From Rubripirellula sp. (GTDB taxonomy: Bacteria; Planctomycetota; Planctomycetia; Pirellulales; Pirellulaceae): a DNA stretch of 64,000 nt. A model generated the notes under the pieces. It did not search any database and was not told where the DNA came from. It worked only from the letters and a program-made list of their open reading frames with translations. A program made the position numbers and the translations under genes. Where the stretch lies: NCBI GenBank assembly GCA_965216875.1, contig OZ244207.1, positions 3,392,001 to 3,456,000 of the forward strand, given 5' to 3'. Positions 49,331-57,719 of the stretch are shown one piece after another. Every line of letters begins with the position of its first letter. Position 1 is the stretch's first letter.

Positions 49331-49921
49331 ATGCCAATGATTCCCTACGTCGTCGAAAAAAGCGGTCGTGAAGAACGCGTTTACGACATTTACAGCCGAC
49401 TGCTGAAAGACCGAATCATCTTCCTTGGCCAACAGGTCGATGATCACATCAGCAATGCGTTGGTGGCTCAAATGTTGTTCCTGCAATCGGACGACCCCAA
49501 AGCCGACATCCACCTTTACATCAACAGCCCCGGTGGCAGCATCACTGCGGGCATGGCGATCTATGACACGATGCAATTCGTCTCGTGTGACGTCGCAACC
49601 TATTGCATCGGCCAAGCCGCTTCGATGGGTGCCGCACTGCTGACCGCAGGTGCCAAAGGCAAACGATTCGCTCTTCCAAACGCACGAATCATGATTCACC
49701 AGCCGCTCGCAGGCATGCAGGGCACCGCTGCGGAAGTCGAGATTCACGTCGAAGAACTGCGTCGAATCAAAAAGAAGATGAACGAGCTGATGATTGAACA
49801 CACCGGTCACTCGCTCGAGAAGATCGAACAAGACACCGATCGTGACCGCTTCATGTCGGCCGAAGAGGCCTGTGAGTACGGCTTGATCGACAAGGTTGTC
49901 AGCAAGTCAACCGACGGCTAA
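49331..49921 (+). CDS. clpP: ATP-dependent Clp protease proteolytic subunit (paralog 2)
   Basis: [41 protein letters not shown]. Confidence 0.96.
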   Translation: MPMIPYVVEKSGREERVYDIYSRLLKDRIIFLGQQVDDHISNALVAQMLFLQSDDPKADIHLYINSPGGSITAGMAIYDTMQFVSCDVATYCIGQAASMGAALLTAGAKGKRFALPNARIMIHQPLAGMQGTAAEVEIHVEELRRIKKKMNELMIEHTGHSLEKIEQDTDRDRFMSAEEACEYGLIDKVVSKSTDG

Positions 49922-49930
49922 ACGTTCGCA

Positions 49931-50020
49931 TTGCCGCAACTCGGTTGCGGCAAGTCACAAACGAATGAACCACACGATTCGGCCGCCATGCATTGATTCG
50001 CATGGCGGCCGATTTATGTT
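49931..50020 (+). terminator. Two hairpins after the clpP pair; the second is a likely intrinsic terminator
   Basis: TTGCCGCAAC-TCG-GTTGCGGCAA (49931-49953); TCGGCCGCCATGC-N8-GCATGGCGGCCGA followed by TTTATGTT. Confidence 0.7.
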
Positions 50021-50058
50021 AAGGTTCCACAGGTTTTCAAAACCATCCTTTGGTAGTC

Positions 50059-50131
50059 GCCCCCTTCGTCTAGCGGCCCAGGACGCCGAGCTTTTCCGCT
50101 CGGAACGCTCGTTCGAATCGGGCAGGGGGTA
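50059..50131 (+). tRNA. Atypical tRNA-Glu-like RNA (anticodon ambiguous; CCA not encoded)
   Basis: Acceptor GCCCCCT/AGGGGGT+A; D-stem GTCT/GGAC with loop AGCGGCCCA; T-arm GCTCG-TTCGAAT-CGGGC; anticodon arm CCGAG-CTTTTCCG-CTCGG; variable region AAC. Confidence 0.85.
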
Positions 50132-50234
50132 CTCCGTGGCGACACAGGACAGTAGCTGACGTCCACAATCCTCAGTCGGGGAGGACGTGCCGCAGATTGG
50201 AGTTTACAACGCCGTGAAGTGAAGTGCGCACCAA

Positions 50235-50377
50235 CAATCACCCGCTCGCTTGCGGGAGGGTCGGACGCAAAGTCCGGGGAGGGTTTGAGCCCTACAATCA
50301 GGCCTTCACCGGGCCTCTGAGTCTTGCCTCGTTCCCACGGTCCTCCGTGGGAACTCACTCTTTGCCGCTTCGCGGCG
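50235..50377. repeat. Family G half element (50235-50287) and family C-like element (50327-50377)
   Basis: The first is a near-exact reverse complement of about 57223-57274. The second matches the 48152 and 48303 copies. Confidence 0.82.
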
Positions 50378-50472
50378 ACACTCCGTTATTGGCCCCGTCG
50401 CCGGATCCGCGTCGCTGTCGCTACATAATCCGGCCTACGCGTTTCACATCCTCCTCGCCCGTACAACTTGCC

Positions 50473-52158
50473 ATGATGTCCGATTTCGCTCGCCATTGTC
50501 TCGTTGTCATCGCGGCGATGGTGCTTGGCAACTCACTTGCCGCGTCATCCGCAAATGCCCAGCCGACAGCGCGACCCAATTTTGTCTTCGTGCTCACCGA
50601 CGACCAGTCCTACGGGATGATGGGATGCGATGGGAACGCGGTCACAAAAACACCGAACTTGGACCAACTCGCCAAGGACGGTGTCTTCTTTGATCGCGCG
50701 TACGTCACCAGCGCGATCTGCACGCCAAGTCGCATTTCAATCTTCCTCAGCCAGTACGAACGCAAACATGGCGTCAATTTCAACTCGGGCACGAGCGTCG
50801 CGCCACAGGCATGGGCCAAGTCGTATCCGGTGATCATGCGAGACGCTGGCTACTACACCGGTTACGTCGGCAAGAACCACGCTCCGATTGGCCCAGGCGG
50901 GTACGACAGCGGGTTGATGGACAAGTCGTTTGACTACTTCTACGCCGGCCATGGCCACATTTGGTTTTACCCCAAAGAAGCTCACGACATCTTCAAGGAC
51001 GCAAAAGACGACACTCAAATCGAAGTGGTCGGCGAAGGTGCGGAAGATTTCCTGTCAAACGAACATCGACTCAAACGGGCCCTTCACTTTCTTGACCGGC
51101 GCCCAACCGACAAGCCGTTCTGTTTAAGCATTTGCTTGAACCTGCCTCACGGTGCCGGCACCAGCCGCATGCAGATGCGTGAGGGCGACGATGAAATCTA
51201 CAAAACGCTTTACCGCGACATCGAGATCCCACTGCCCAAGCACTACATCGCGAAAGACGACATCAAACAACCGAAACTCCCGGCAGATGTCTTGAAGGTC
51301 GAGGAACGGCAAACGGGTTACAACTACGTCGACCAACCCGCGACACTCAAGGAACGAATGATTCGACAGATGCAGGCGATGACCGGCATCGATCGCATGA
51401 TTGGCAATCTGCGCAGCAAACTTCAAGACGAAGGGTTGGACAACAACACCGTCATTGTCTTCTGTTCCGACCACGGCCTCTTTATGGGGCAACATGGTCT
51501 TGGCGGCAAAGCGCTTTGCTACGAACAAACGACACACGTGCCGATGATCATTTTCGATCCACGCAAACCCGCCAACCAGCGTGGACGACGTTGCAAGCGA
51601 CTTGTCCAAACCATCGACATCGCCCCCACGTTGTTGGCACTGGCCGGGATCGAAGCACCGCGTGAATTCCAAGGCCGGTCGTTACTCGGCCTTCTCGAAG
51701 GGAGTGATGACGCGGTTCGCGAGTACCTGTTGACCGAGAACCTTTGGTCCACGCACTTTGGCAATCCGCGCATCGAATCGGTTCAAGACGAACGCTGGAA
51801 ATACATTCGCTACTACGAAAACAACAACTTCCCTGCGTCTGTCAAAGTCCGCGTCGCCAAAGAACTTGGTATCCCGGTCAACAAGATGCTCTATGGAGTC
51901 CACGATGGAGCAATCGCTGTCTATCGGCACTACGTCGAATCGTCGCTAGCGGGCGAAGAGCCGGTATTCGAAGAATTGTTTGACCTGCAAAACGATCCCG
52001 ACGAATCACACAACCTCGTCGACCAGCCGAATGTGGCTCGTGAACTCGTGCGACTGCGCGAAGCATGGAAGGCCAAATTGACCGTCGCCCGGGGAACGGG
52101 AAAACCGGCCGTATTGCGATGGACCGCCGACAGTCACGAAGGCTACCGTTCGCGGTAG
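50473..52158 (+). CDS. Formylglycine-dependent sulfatase
   Basis: Signal peptide; RPNFVFVLTDDQ, CTPSR, GKNH, SDHG, ELFDLQNDPDE. Confidence 0.93.
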   Translation: MMSDFARHCLVVIAAMVLGNSLAASSANAQPTARPNFVFVLTDDQSYGMMGCDGNAVTKTPNLDQLAKDGVFFDRAYVTSAICTPSRISIFLSQYERKHGVNFNSGTSVAPQAWAKSYPVIMRDAGYYTGYVGKNHAPIGPGGYDSGLMDKSFDYFYAGHGHIWFYPKEAHDIFKDAKDDTQIEVVGEGAEDFLSNEHRLKRALHFLDRRPTDKPFCLSICLNLPHGAGTSRMQMREGDDEIYKTLYRDIEIPLPKHYIAKDDIKQPKLPADVLKVEERQTGYNYVDQPATLKERMIRQMQAMTGIDRMIGNLRSKLQDEGLDNNTVIVFCSDHGLFMGQHGLGGKALCYEQTTHVPMIIFDPRKPANQRGRRCKRLVQTIDIAPTLLALAGIEAPREFQGRSLLGLLEGSDDAVREYLLTENLWSTHFGNPRIESVQDERWKYIRYYENNNFPASVKVRVAKELGIPVNKMLYGVHDGAIAVYRHYVESSLAGEEPVFEELFDLQNDPDESHNLVDQPNVARELVRLREAWKAKLTVARGTGKPAVLRWTADSHEGYRSR

Positions 52159-52186
52159 TGCGTCAGACTGCATTGCCCTTCCACAA

Positions 52187-52302
52187 AACACTCTCCCTTG
52201 GGAGAGTCGGGCTCTCAGGCCCGGAGAGGGTTTGTTACTTGCAGAGATCGTGCCCTCCCCGGACTTTAGCGTCCGACCCTCCCGAAAGCGGGAGGGTGAT
52301 TG
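52187..52302. repeat. Family G element (116 bp, multi-hairpin, imperfect inverted arms)
   Basis: AACACTCTCCCTTGGGAGAGTCGG...CCCTCCCCGGAC...GGGAGGGTGATTG; second copy at 57163-57274. Confidence 0.88.
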
Positions 52303-52314
52303 TTTTTCACGCGG

Positions 52315-52367
52315 TTGACAATTTGCGGGATCAGATGGAAAATCGCCGCTGTTGAGAACAGTTCTCA
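52315..52367 (+). promoter_or_regulatory. Sigma70-like promoter with Fur/Zur-type 7-1-7 operator
   Basis: TTGACA 52315-52320, 17-nt spacer, GAAAAT 52338-52343; perfect palindrome TGAGAAC-A-GTTCTCA at 52353-52367. Confidence 0.7.
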
Positions 52368-52426
52368 TCAAGAGCCAGCGCGGTCTACGCCCGTCTCTTC
52401 AATCGCCCACCAACCTGCCTTCCATA

Positions 52427-53383
52427 ATGCCCAAGCCCCTTTTGGTCGTCCTCGCGTTCGCTTTGCTCCCGTTTTTGGGGTGCAGAATTTCAAACCAGCC
52501 AGCCGCGGACGGTGGTGGTCCCAAGAAACTGGTCGCGACGACGGGGCACCTCTACGACGCATTGAAGGAAATCACCCAGGGAACGGCGGTCGAAATCAAA
52601 GTGCTTTGCGGGCCTGGGATCGACCCCCATTCGTACGCGGCCAGCCCAGGGGACGTCGCCGCGATGACTCAGGCGGACGCAATCTTCTTTAACGGCTTCC
52701 ACCTCGAGGCCAAACTCCATGATCTGTTGCACCACGAGTTTGCGGACAAGTCCTGGGAGATGGCCAGCGCTTTTCCCAAGGAAGCTCGGCTCGACTGGAT
52801 TGAAGACGATCAAATTGACCCTGAAGCCCCGTTTGACCCACACATCTGGAATCACCTGCCAGCGTGGGCGACTTGCGTGACGGCACTCGCCGAGCATTTG
52901 GCCGAGACCGACCCCGAAAACGCAGCAACCTATCGGACCAATGGCGAAGCCTATGTTGCAAAGATCAACGCGGTGCACGAGTCGGCATTGAAACGCTTTG
53001 AAGCGATCGAACAGGATCGCCGCGTTTTGGTCAGTGCCCACGACGCGTTCAACTACTTTGCCAAAGTTTATGGATTCAAGACGGTAGCGGTTTTGGGTGT
53101 TGGCAACGATGCTGAAGCCGACGTGAAAACGATGCGTGAGGTCGCGACGACCGTTTGTGATCAAAAGATCCCCGTGATCTTCATCGAGAATATCACCAAC
53201 CCAAAAGTGACCGAAGCGCTCCAAGAAGCCTGCCAGGCTCGCGACTGGTCTGTCAAAATCGCTGACCGCCCGCTCTATTCAGACGACCTGGGCAGCGAGC
53301 CGCCTCACGACACGTTCTTGGGTGCGTTTGAATCGAACGTCAACCTGATCGCTGAATCGCTCGGAAGTGCAACCGCACAGTAG
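52427..53383 (+). CDS. Mn/Zn ABC transporter substrate-binding lipoprotein (TroA/MntA family)
   Basis: Lipobox-like FLGC; GIDPHSY, NGFHLE, DPHIW, HDAFNYF, YSD. Confidence 0.93.
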   Translation: MPKPLLVVLAFALLPFLGCRISNQPAADGGGPKKLVATTGHLYDALKEITQGTAVEIKVLCGPGIDPHSYAASPGDVAAMTQADAIFFNGFHLEAKLHDLLHHEFADKSWEMASAFPKEARLDWIEDDQIDPEAPFDPHIWNHLPAWATCVTALAEHLAETDPENAATYRTNGEAYVAKINAVHESALKRFEAIEQDRRVLVSAHDAFNYFAKVYGFKTVAVLGVGNDAEADVKTMREVATTVCDQKIPVIFIENITNPKVTEALQEACQARDWSVKIADRPLYSDDLGSEPPHDTFLGAFESNVNLIAESLGSATAQ

Positions 53384-53389
53384 GCTCGA

Positions 53390-54163
53390 ATGGACATTGC
53401 AATCGAAACGCAACAACTGACGGTTGCCTACGGTCCACAGCCAGCGATTTGGAATGTCGATATCAAGATCCCGTCGCTCGGGATGACCGGGATCATTGGC
53501 CCCAACGGTGCCGGCAAGAGCACCTTGCTCAAGGCGATCCTTGGCACCGTCCCACGCCTATCGGGCAAGGTCACTCTCAATCACAAGACCGAGTCGCGTG
53601 GTGCGGCGATTGGGTACGTGCCACAGCGAAACGCGGTCGACTGGGATTTCCCAACCACCGTCTTCGACTTGGTGTTGATGGGAACCTATGGACGCCTGCG
53701 TTGGTTCCAACGTCCGGGCCAGACCGAGAAAGAGCAAACCTGGGAAGCGCTGCGCCAAGTCAAGATGGAAGACTTTGCGGACCGCCAAATCGGTGAACTC
53801 TCGGGCGGCCAACAACAACGCGTCTTCTTGGCGCGAGCGTTTGTCCAACAAGCATCGATCTACTTGATGGATGAGCCGTTTGCCGGCGTCGATGCCAAGA
53901 CCGAAAACATGTTGATCGATATCTTGCATCAACTTCGTGATGATGGAAACACGATCGTTTTGGTGCATCACGATCTCACCACCGTCAGCGATTATTTCGA
54001 CCACGTCGTGTTGCTCAACCGACGTTTGGTCGCTTGCGGCGAAACGCCGACCACGTTCACGGCCGACAACATCGAATTGGCCTACGGCATTGCCGGACAA
54101 CGACTGCTCGATCGAACATCATCGGGCGGAAACGGACGCCCCAAACAGGACGGCGGGCCGTGA
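53390..54163 (+). CDS. Mn/Zn ABC transporter ATP-binding protein
   Basis: GPNGAGKST, YVPQ..VDWDFP, LSGGQQQR, MDEPF, VHHDL. Confidence 0.95.
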   Translation: MDIAIETQQLTVAYGPQPAIWNVDIKIPSLGMTGIIGPNGAGKSTLLKAILGTVPRLSGKVTLNHKTESRGAAIGYVPQRNAVDWDFPTTVFDLVLMGTYGRLRWFQRPGQTEKEQTWEALRQVKMEDFADRQIGELSGGQQQRVFLARAFVQQASIYLMDEPFAGVDAKTENMLIDILHQLRDDGNTIVLVHHDLTTVSDYFDHVVLLNRRLVACGETPTTFTADNIELAYGIAGQRLLDRTSSGGNGRPKQDGGP

Positions 54164-55065
54164 TTGAATTGCTTAGCGACTACACCGTCCAGGTCGTTGT
54201 GTTGGGTAGCGCGATGGTGGGCGCCGTCTCCGGATCGCTGGGGTGCTTTGCCTATTTGCGCCGCCAAAGCCTAATCGGCGACGTTGTGGCCCATTCGTCT
54301 CTGCTCGGAATCGTCCTCGCCTTCTGGGCCGCATTCCTTCTCACTGGCGAAGGCAATAAGTCGCTTTGGGTGTTGATCCCCGGAGCGATCGCAGCGGGCA
54401 TCGCCTCGCTGCTGTTGACCAAAGCGATCACGCAGCAAACCCGGATCAAAGAAGACGCGGGACTCGGCGTGATGCTGGCCATCTTCTTTGGAACCGGCAT
54501 GATGGTGCTGCGTTGGCTGCAAAAGTCCCAACCGCCAATCCCTGGCCGCAGCGGGCTCGATGGCTACCTGTTCGGTATGGCCGCCACCATCACCAGCAGC
54601 GACCTGTGGATGATCGGCTCGCTCGGGATCGCCTCCACCGCCACCATGCTGCTGACCTGGACTCAGCTCAAAGCACTGACCTTTGACGCCGAATACGCCG
54701 CCGGACTTGGACTTCCCGTTCGGCGGCTTGAACTCTTGATGCTCAGTCTGTTGGTGGTTGGGATTGTGATCGGACTGCAAATTGCCGGTGTGGTCTTGAT
54801 GGTTTCACTGCTGGTCGCGCCTGCCGCCGCAGCCCGCCAATGGACGTCAAACCTTGGCAAGATGGTCCTACTCGCCGCGACGATCGGGTCGGTCTGTGCG
54901 GTCGCCGGTGCCTTGGTCAGCGCGACGGGAAACCATTTGCCAACCGGCCCGGTGATCGTCGTCTTGGTCACACTCGTGTTCGTGATCTCGATCCTGTTGG
55001 CACCCCACCGAGGATTGTTGGTTCGCAGAAGTCTGGTGGATCGGGAGCAGAGCGTTGTCGATTGA
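54160..55065 (+). CDS. Mn/Zn ABC transporter permease (ABC-3)
   Basis: SLIGDVVAHSSLLG, YLFG, TFD, PAAAARQW, PTGPVIV; GTG start overlaps the upstream stop. Confidence 0.92.
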   Translation: MIELLSDYTVQVVVLGSAMVGAVSGSLGCFAYLRRQSLIGDVVAHSSLLGIVLAFWAAFLLTGEGNKSLWVLIPGAIAAGIASLLLTKAITQQTRIKEDAGLGVMLAIFFGTGMMVLRWLQKSQPPIPGRSGLDGYLFGMAATITSSDLWMIGSLGIASTATMLLTWTQLKALTFDAEYAAGLGLPVRRLELLMLSLLVVGIVIGLQIAGVVLMVSLLVAPAAAARQWTSNLGKMVLLAATIGSVCAVAGALVSATGNHLPTGPVIVVLVTLVFVISILLAPHRGLLVRRSLVDREQSVVD

Positions 55066-56131
55066 ACTTTGGTGGACGCTTGCGATCGTCGCGGTGACAT
55101 CGATCACCTGTGCACTCTGTGGCAGCCTTTTGCTGGTCGGTCAAAAGTCGATGGTCAGTGAAGGGCTAAGTCACGCCGTGCTGCCCGGCTTGGTGCTCGC
55201 TTTCCTTTTGACGCGAGATTTCAATTCGCCGCTCTTGATCATTGCAGCCGCAGCCAGCGGCATGGTGATGGTTTGGTTGACGCAACTGGTTCAACGATCC
55301 GGTTTGGTCGATGACGACGCGGGGCTTGGGATTGTCTTCGCGGGGATGTTCGCGGTTGGCATTTTGTTTGTCAGTGCCAACTTGCGCAGCGCCCATTTTC
55401 ATGCCGACTGCATCATCGATGGCAACCTTGCACTTGCCGCGCTCGACCGACTCGAAATCGGCCAATACGACTTCGGGCCGCGTCCTTTGATTGTGATGTC
55501 GGTGATGCTGGCGATCGTGCTTGGCTTTATCTTGCTCGCCTACAAAGAAATCAAGATTGGCATCTTCGACCCCGTGCTGGCCAAACGCTTTGGTCTGCGC
55601 CCGCTGATGTTGCAATTCGTTTGGCTTGGAATCGTTTCGCTAACCACCGTCGCCGCATTTGACGTTGCCGGGTCCATCTTGATCGTGGCGTTGATGATCG
55701 CGCCACCGGCGGCCGCATACCTTTTGACGGACAGGCTCGGTTGGTTGATGGCCCTGGCCTCAGCGATCGCGATCATCGGCGCGAGCATTGGATTCGGTGT
55801 TGCCAACTGGATCGACATCGCGCCAACGGGACCGATTGCTTCGATGGTCGGCATTGTCTTTCTTTTTGTTTTTGCCTTTGCACCGCGCCGAGGCTTTCTG
55901 GCGATTTGGCTGGGACGCAAACGCCATCGACTGCGAACGGTCGAATTGCTTTCTCTCGAGTTCGTCGCGGCTGGCGGTCGAACGGGACTCGACACCCTTG
56001 CTTTGCCAAAGCGATCGATTGACAAAGCAATCACTCGCCTGAATGCGACGGGGATGATCGATACCGTCGGGGATGATCTCGCGATCACCCCAGCCGGGCA
56101 AAGGCACTTGCAAGAGTCGCTTCGATCCTAG
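55055..56131 (+). CDS. Mn/Zn ABC transporter permease with short C-terminal winged-helix-like tail
   Basis: SEGLSHAVLPG, IFD, PPAAAYLLT; soluble tail ending AITRLNATGMI...AITPAG. Confidence 0.9.
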   Translation: MSIELWWTLAIVAVTSITCALCGSLLLVGQKSMVSEGLSHAVLPGLVLAFLLTRDFNSPLLIIAAAASGMVMVWLTQLVQRSGLVDDDAGLGIVFAGMFAVGILFVSANLRSAHFHADCIIDGNLALAALDRLEIGQYDFGPRPLIVMSVMLAIVLGFILLAYKEIKIGIFDPVLAKRFGLRPLMLQFVWLGIVSLTTVAAFDVAGSILIVALMIAPPAAAYLLTDRLGWLMALASAIAIIGASIGFGVANWIDIAPTGPIASMVGIVFLFVFAFAPRRGFLAIWLGRKRHRLRTVELLSLEFVAAGGRTGLDTLALPKRSIDKAITRLNATGMIDTVGDDLAITPAGQRHLQESLRS

Positions 56132-56154
56132 ATCAGACGTCGAACCGTCAACAG

Positions 56155-57081
56155 CTATTCTTCGGTCGAGTCAACTTCCAATGGGATCACTTTGGTGAGC
56201 CCGGTGATGTAAGGCGTCAGTTGCTGCACTGCGTCACGGCGAACAAACTCGTCCACGGCCCAAACTTGTTCATCCTGATGTTTCAGCTCAAGCTCTCGCC
56301 AAGTGAATCGAACCGGCTGGTAATGCCAGAGCGGCTCGCCATCAACTTCGATCGTTTCGATTCGCAGCAAAAGCTCGGGGTCGGTTCCCTTGTCCCAAAC
56401 AAATGCAAACAGTGCACCGTCATGGGTTTCTTTTGAATCGCTGTAACGAAACAGCGGAGCGGGCAGCAGCCTGAGCTGGTTGTTCTGACCATCTGAACGC
56501 ATCGACGATGCGAACCGCCGCGAAAGCGCCTTCATCTGAACCAAACGGCTGGTGGGGGATTTGGAAACGGGCGGCGCGTCGGGCAGCGGCCGCATCGATA
56601 GCTGGCTGACATCAGGCGACCACACCTTGCTCGGTCGCCCGATAATCTGCAACGGCGTGATCGGCTTGTCTTTCAACAGATGAAGTTCGATGAACTCATA
56701 GTCGGACTGTTGAATCGGAATCGAGCCAACCGTTCCAATGACAGCCAACCGCTTATCGGCGTCCTTCCAGACATAGACGCTGCCGAAGACTTTGCCTTCG
56801 GAGCTGAATCGAAACAACGGTGTCTCGTCCAATTCGAAGGGACGCTCCTCAGCAGTTTGGATCCGCAGGTCGGCCGCCGATTTGGCAAATTGCGCGTAAA
56901 GCTGGTCCGATCGGGACGGCTCGACGTCTGAGGGCTGACCTTCGGTCGAATTGCCCGTCGTGCCCGTTGTGGCTTGCCCCCAGACAGATGGAGCGACCGG
57001 GGCAACGGCCAACAAGATCGCAAAGAAAAAGAGGGATGCGGCTCCCATGGGGGGCTGAACCGACCAGTAGGCATTTTTCAC
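56155..57081 (-). CDS. Hypothetical exported protein
   Basis: 308-aa ORF with a signal-like N-terminus; LRLLPAPLFRY, DGALFAFV, GTDPE. Start uncertain. Confidence 0.75.
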   Translation of the reverse strand: MKNAYWSVQPPMGAASLFFFAILLAVAPVAPSVWGQATTGTTGNSTEGQPSDVEPSRSDQLYAQFAKSAADLRIQTAEERPFELDETPLFRFSSEGKVFGSVYVWKDADKRLAVIGTVGSIPIQQSDYEFIELHLLKDKPITPLQIIGRPSKVWSPDVSQLSMRPLPDAPPVSKSPTSRLVQMKALSRRFASSMRSDGQNNQLRLLPAPLFRYSDSKETHDGALFAFVWDKGTDPELLLRIETIEVDGEPLWHYQPVRFTWRELELKHQDEQVWAVDEFVRRDAVQQLTPYITGLTKVIPLEVDSTEE

Positions 57082-57162
57082 GTGCTCGTCCTCTCGTTGG
57101 GGTCATGTTTTGCGCGCTCGACGCTATTGCCGCGGTGCCACCAGGCTTCGCAATTGCGCGTT

Positions 57163-57274
57163 AACACTCTCCCTTGGGAGAGTCGGACTCTAAGGCGCAG
57201 AGAGGGTTTGTTCTGTAACATTATTCCCTCCCCGGACTTTGCGTCCGACCCTCCCGCAAGCGGGAGGGTGATTG
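57163..57274. repeat. Family G element (112 bp)
   Basis: Direct copy of 52187-52302 with a divergent centre. Confidence 0.88.
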
Positions 57275-57434
57275 CGGGAGCACGGACCGAAACAGGGTGC
57301 ATGCCTGTCAAAATAGACGTTACGTCTAATGGCGTCAAACTTTCCGAGGCGTTTGGCACAGCAATCGCGTAAAGAAGCCTTCGGAGTTCAAAAAGGGTCG
57401 GTTGCCCCGATCGGATGTTGCAGGTTGCACCAAT

Positions 57435-57451
57435 TGTTGCAATTTGCAACA
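57435..57451. promoter_or_regulatory. Candidate transcription-factor site TGTTGCAA-T-TTGCAACA
   Basis: Perfect 8-1-8 AT-rich palindrome in a divergent intergenic region; extra GTTGCA half-sites at 57417 and 57424. Confidence 0.5.
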
Positions 57452-57719
57452 CCTTACAATCGGTATCGCGTCCCTGATGAGCTCCGGAAAGCCCGTTTTT
57501 TTCGTGGCGAATGCAAGGCACCGCGAATAGACTTTGAAGCTGAGTTCCGTGATTGTGCCAATTGTCAGGTTGGTCCAAGAGCAGAATTGGGTTCCTATTC
57601 GACCCGCTTTTCAACCCTCGAAATCGACGTCGGCAGGCAAATTGCCTGTCGGCACAGGTCCCGGTTCATCCGGGGAAACGCGGCAGAAACGCGTTATTTG
57701 TCACCGTGGAGATATACAG

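Noticed and set aside
50224..50472. N-terminal extension of the sulfatase in the ORF track, and small ORFs over other repeat clusters
   Set aside because: They read through palindromic repeat elements. The signal peptide begins at 50473.
50059..57300. tRNA-anchored integrative island
   Set aside because: No integrase, no duplicated tRNA 3' end and no obvious compositional shift.
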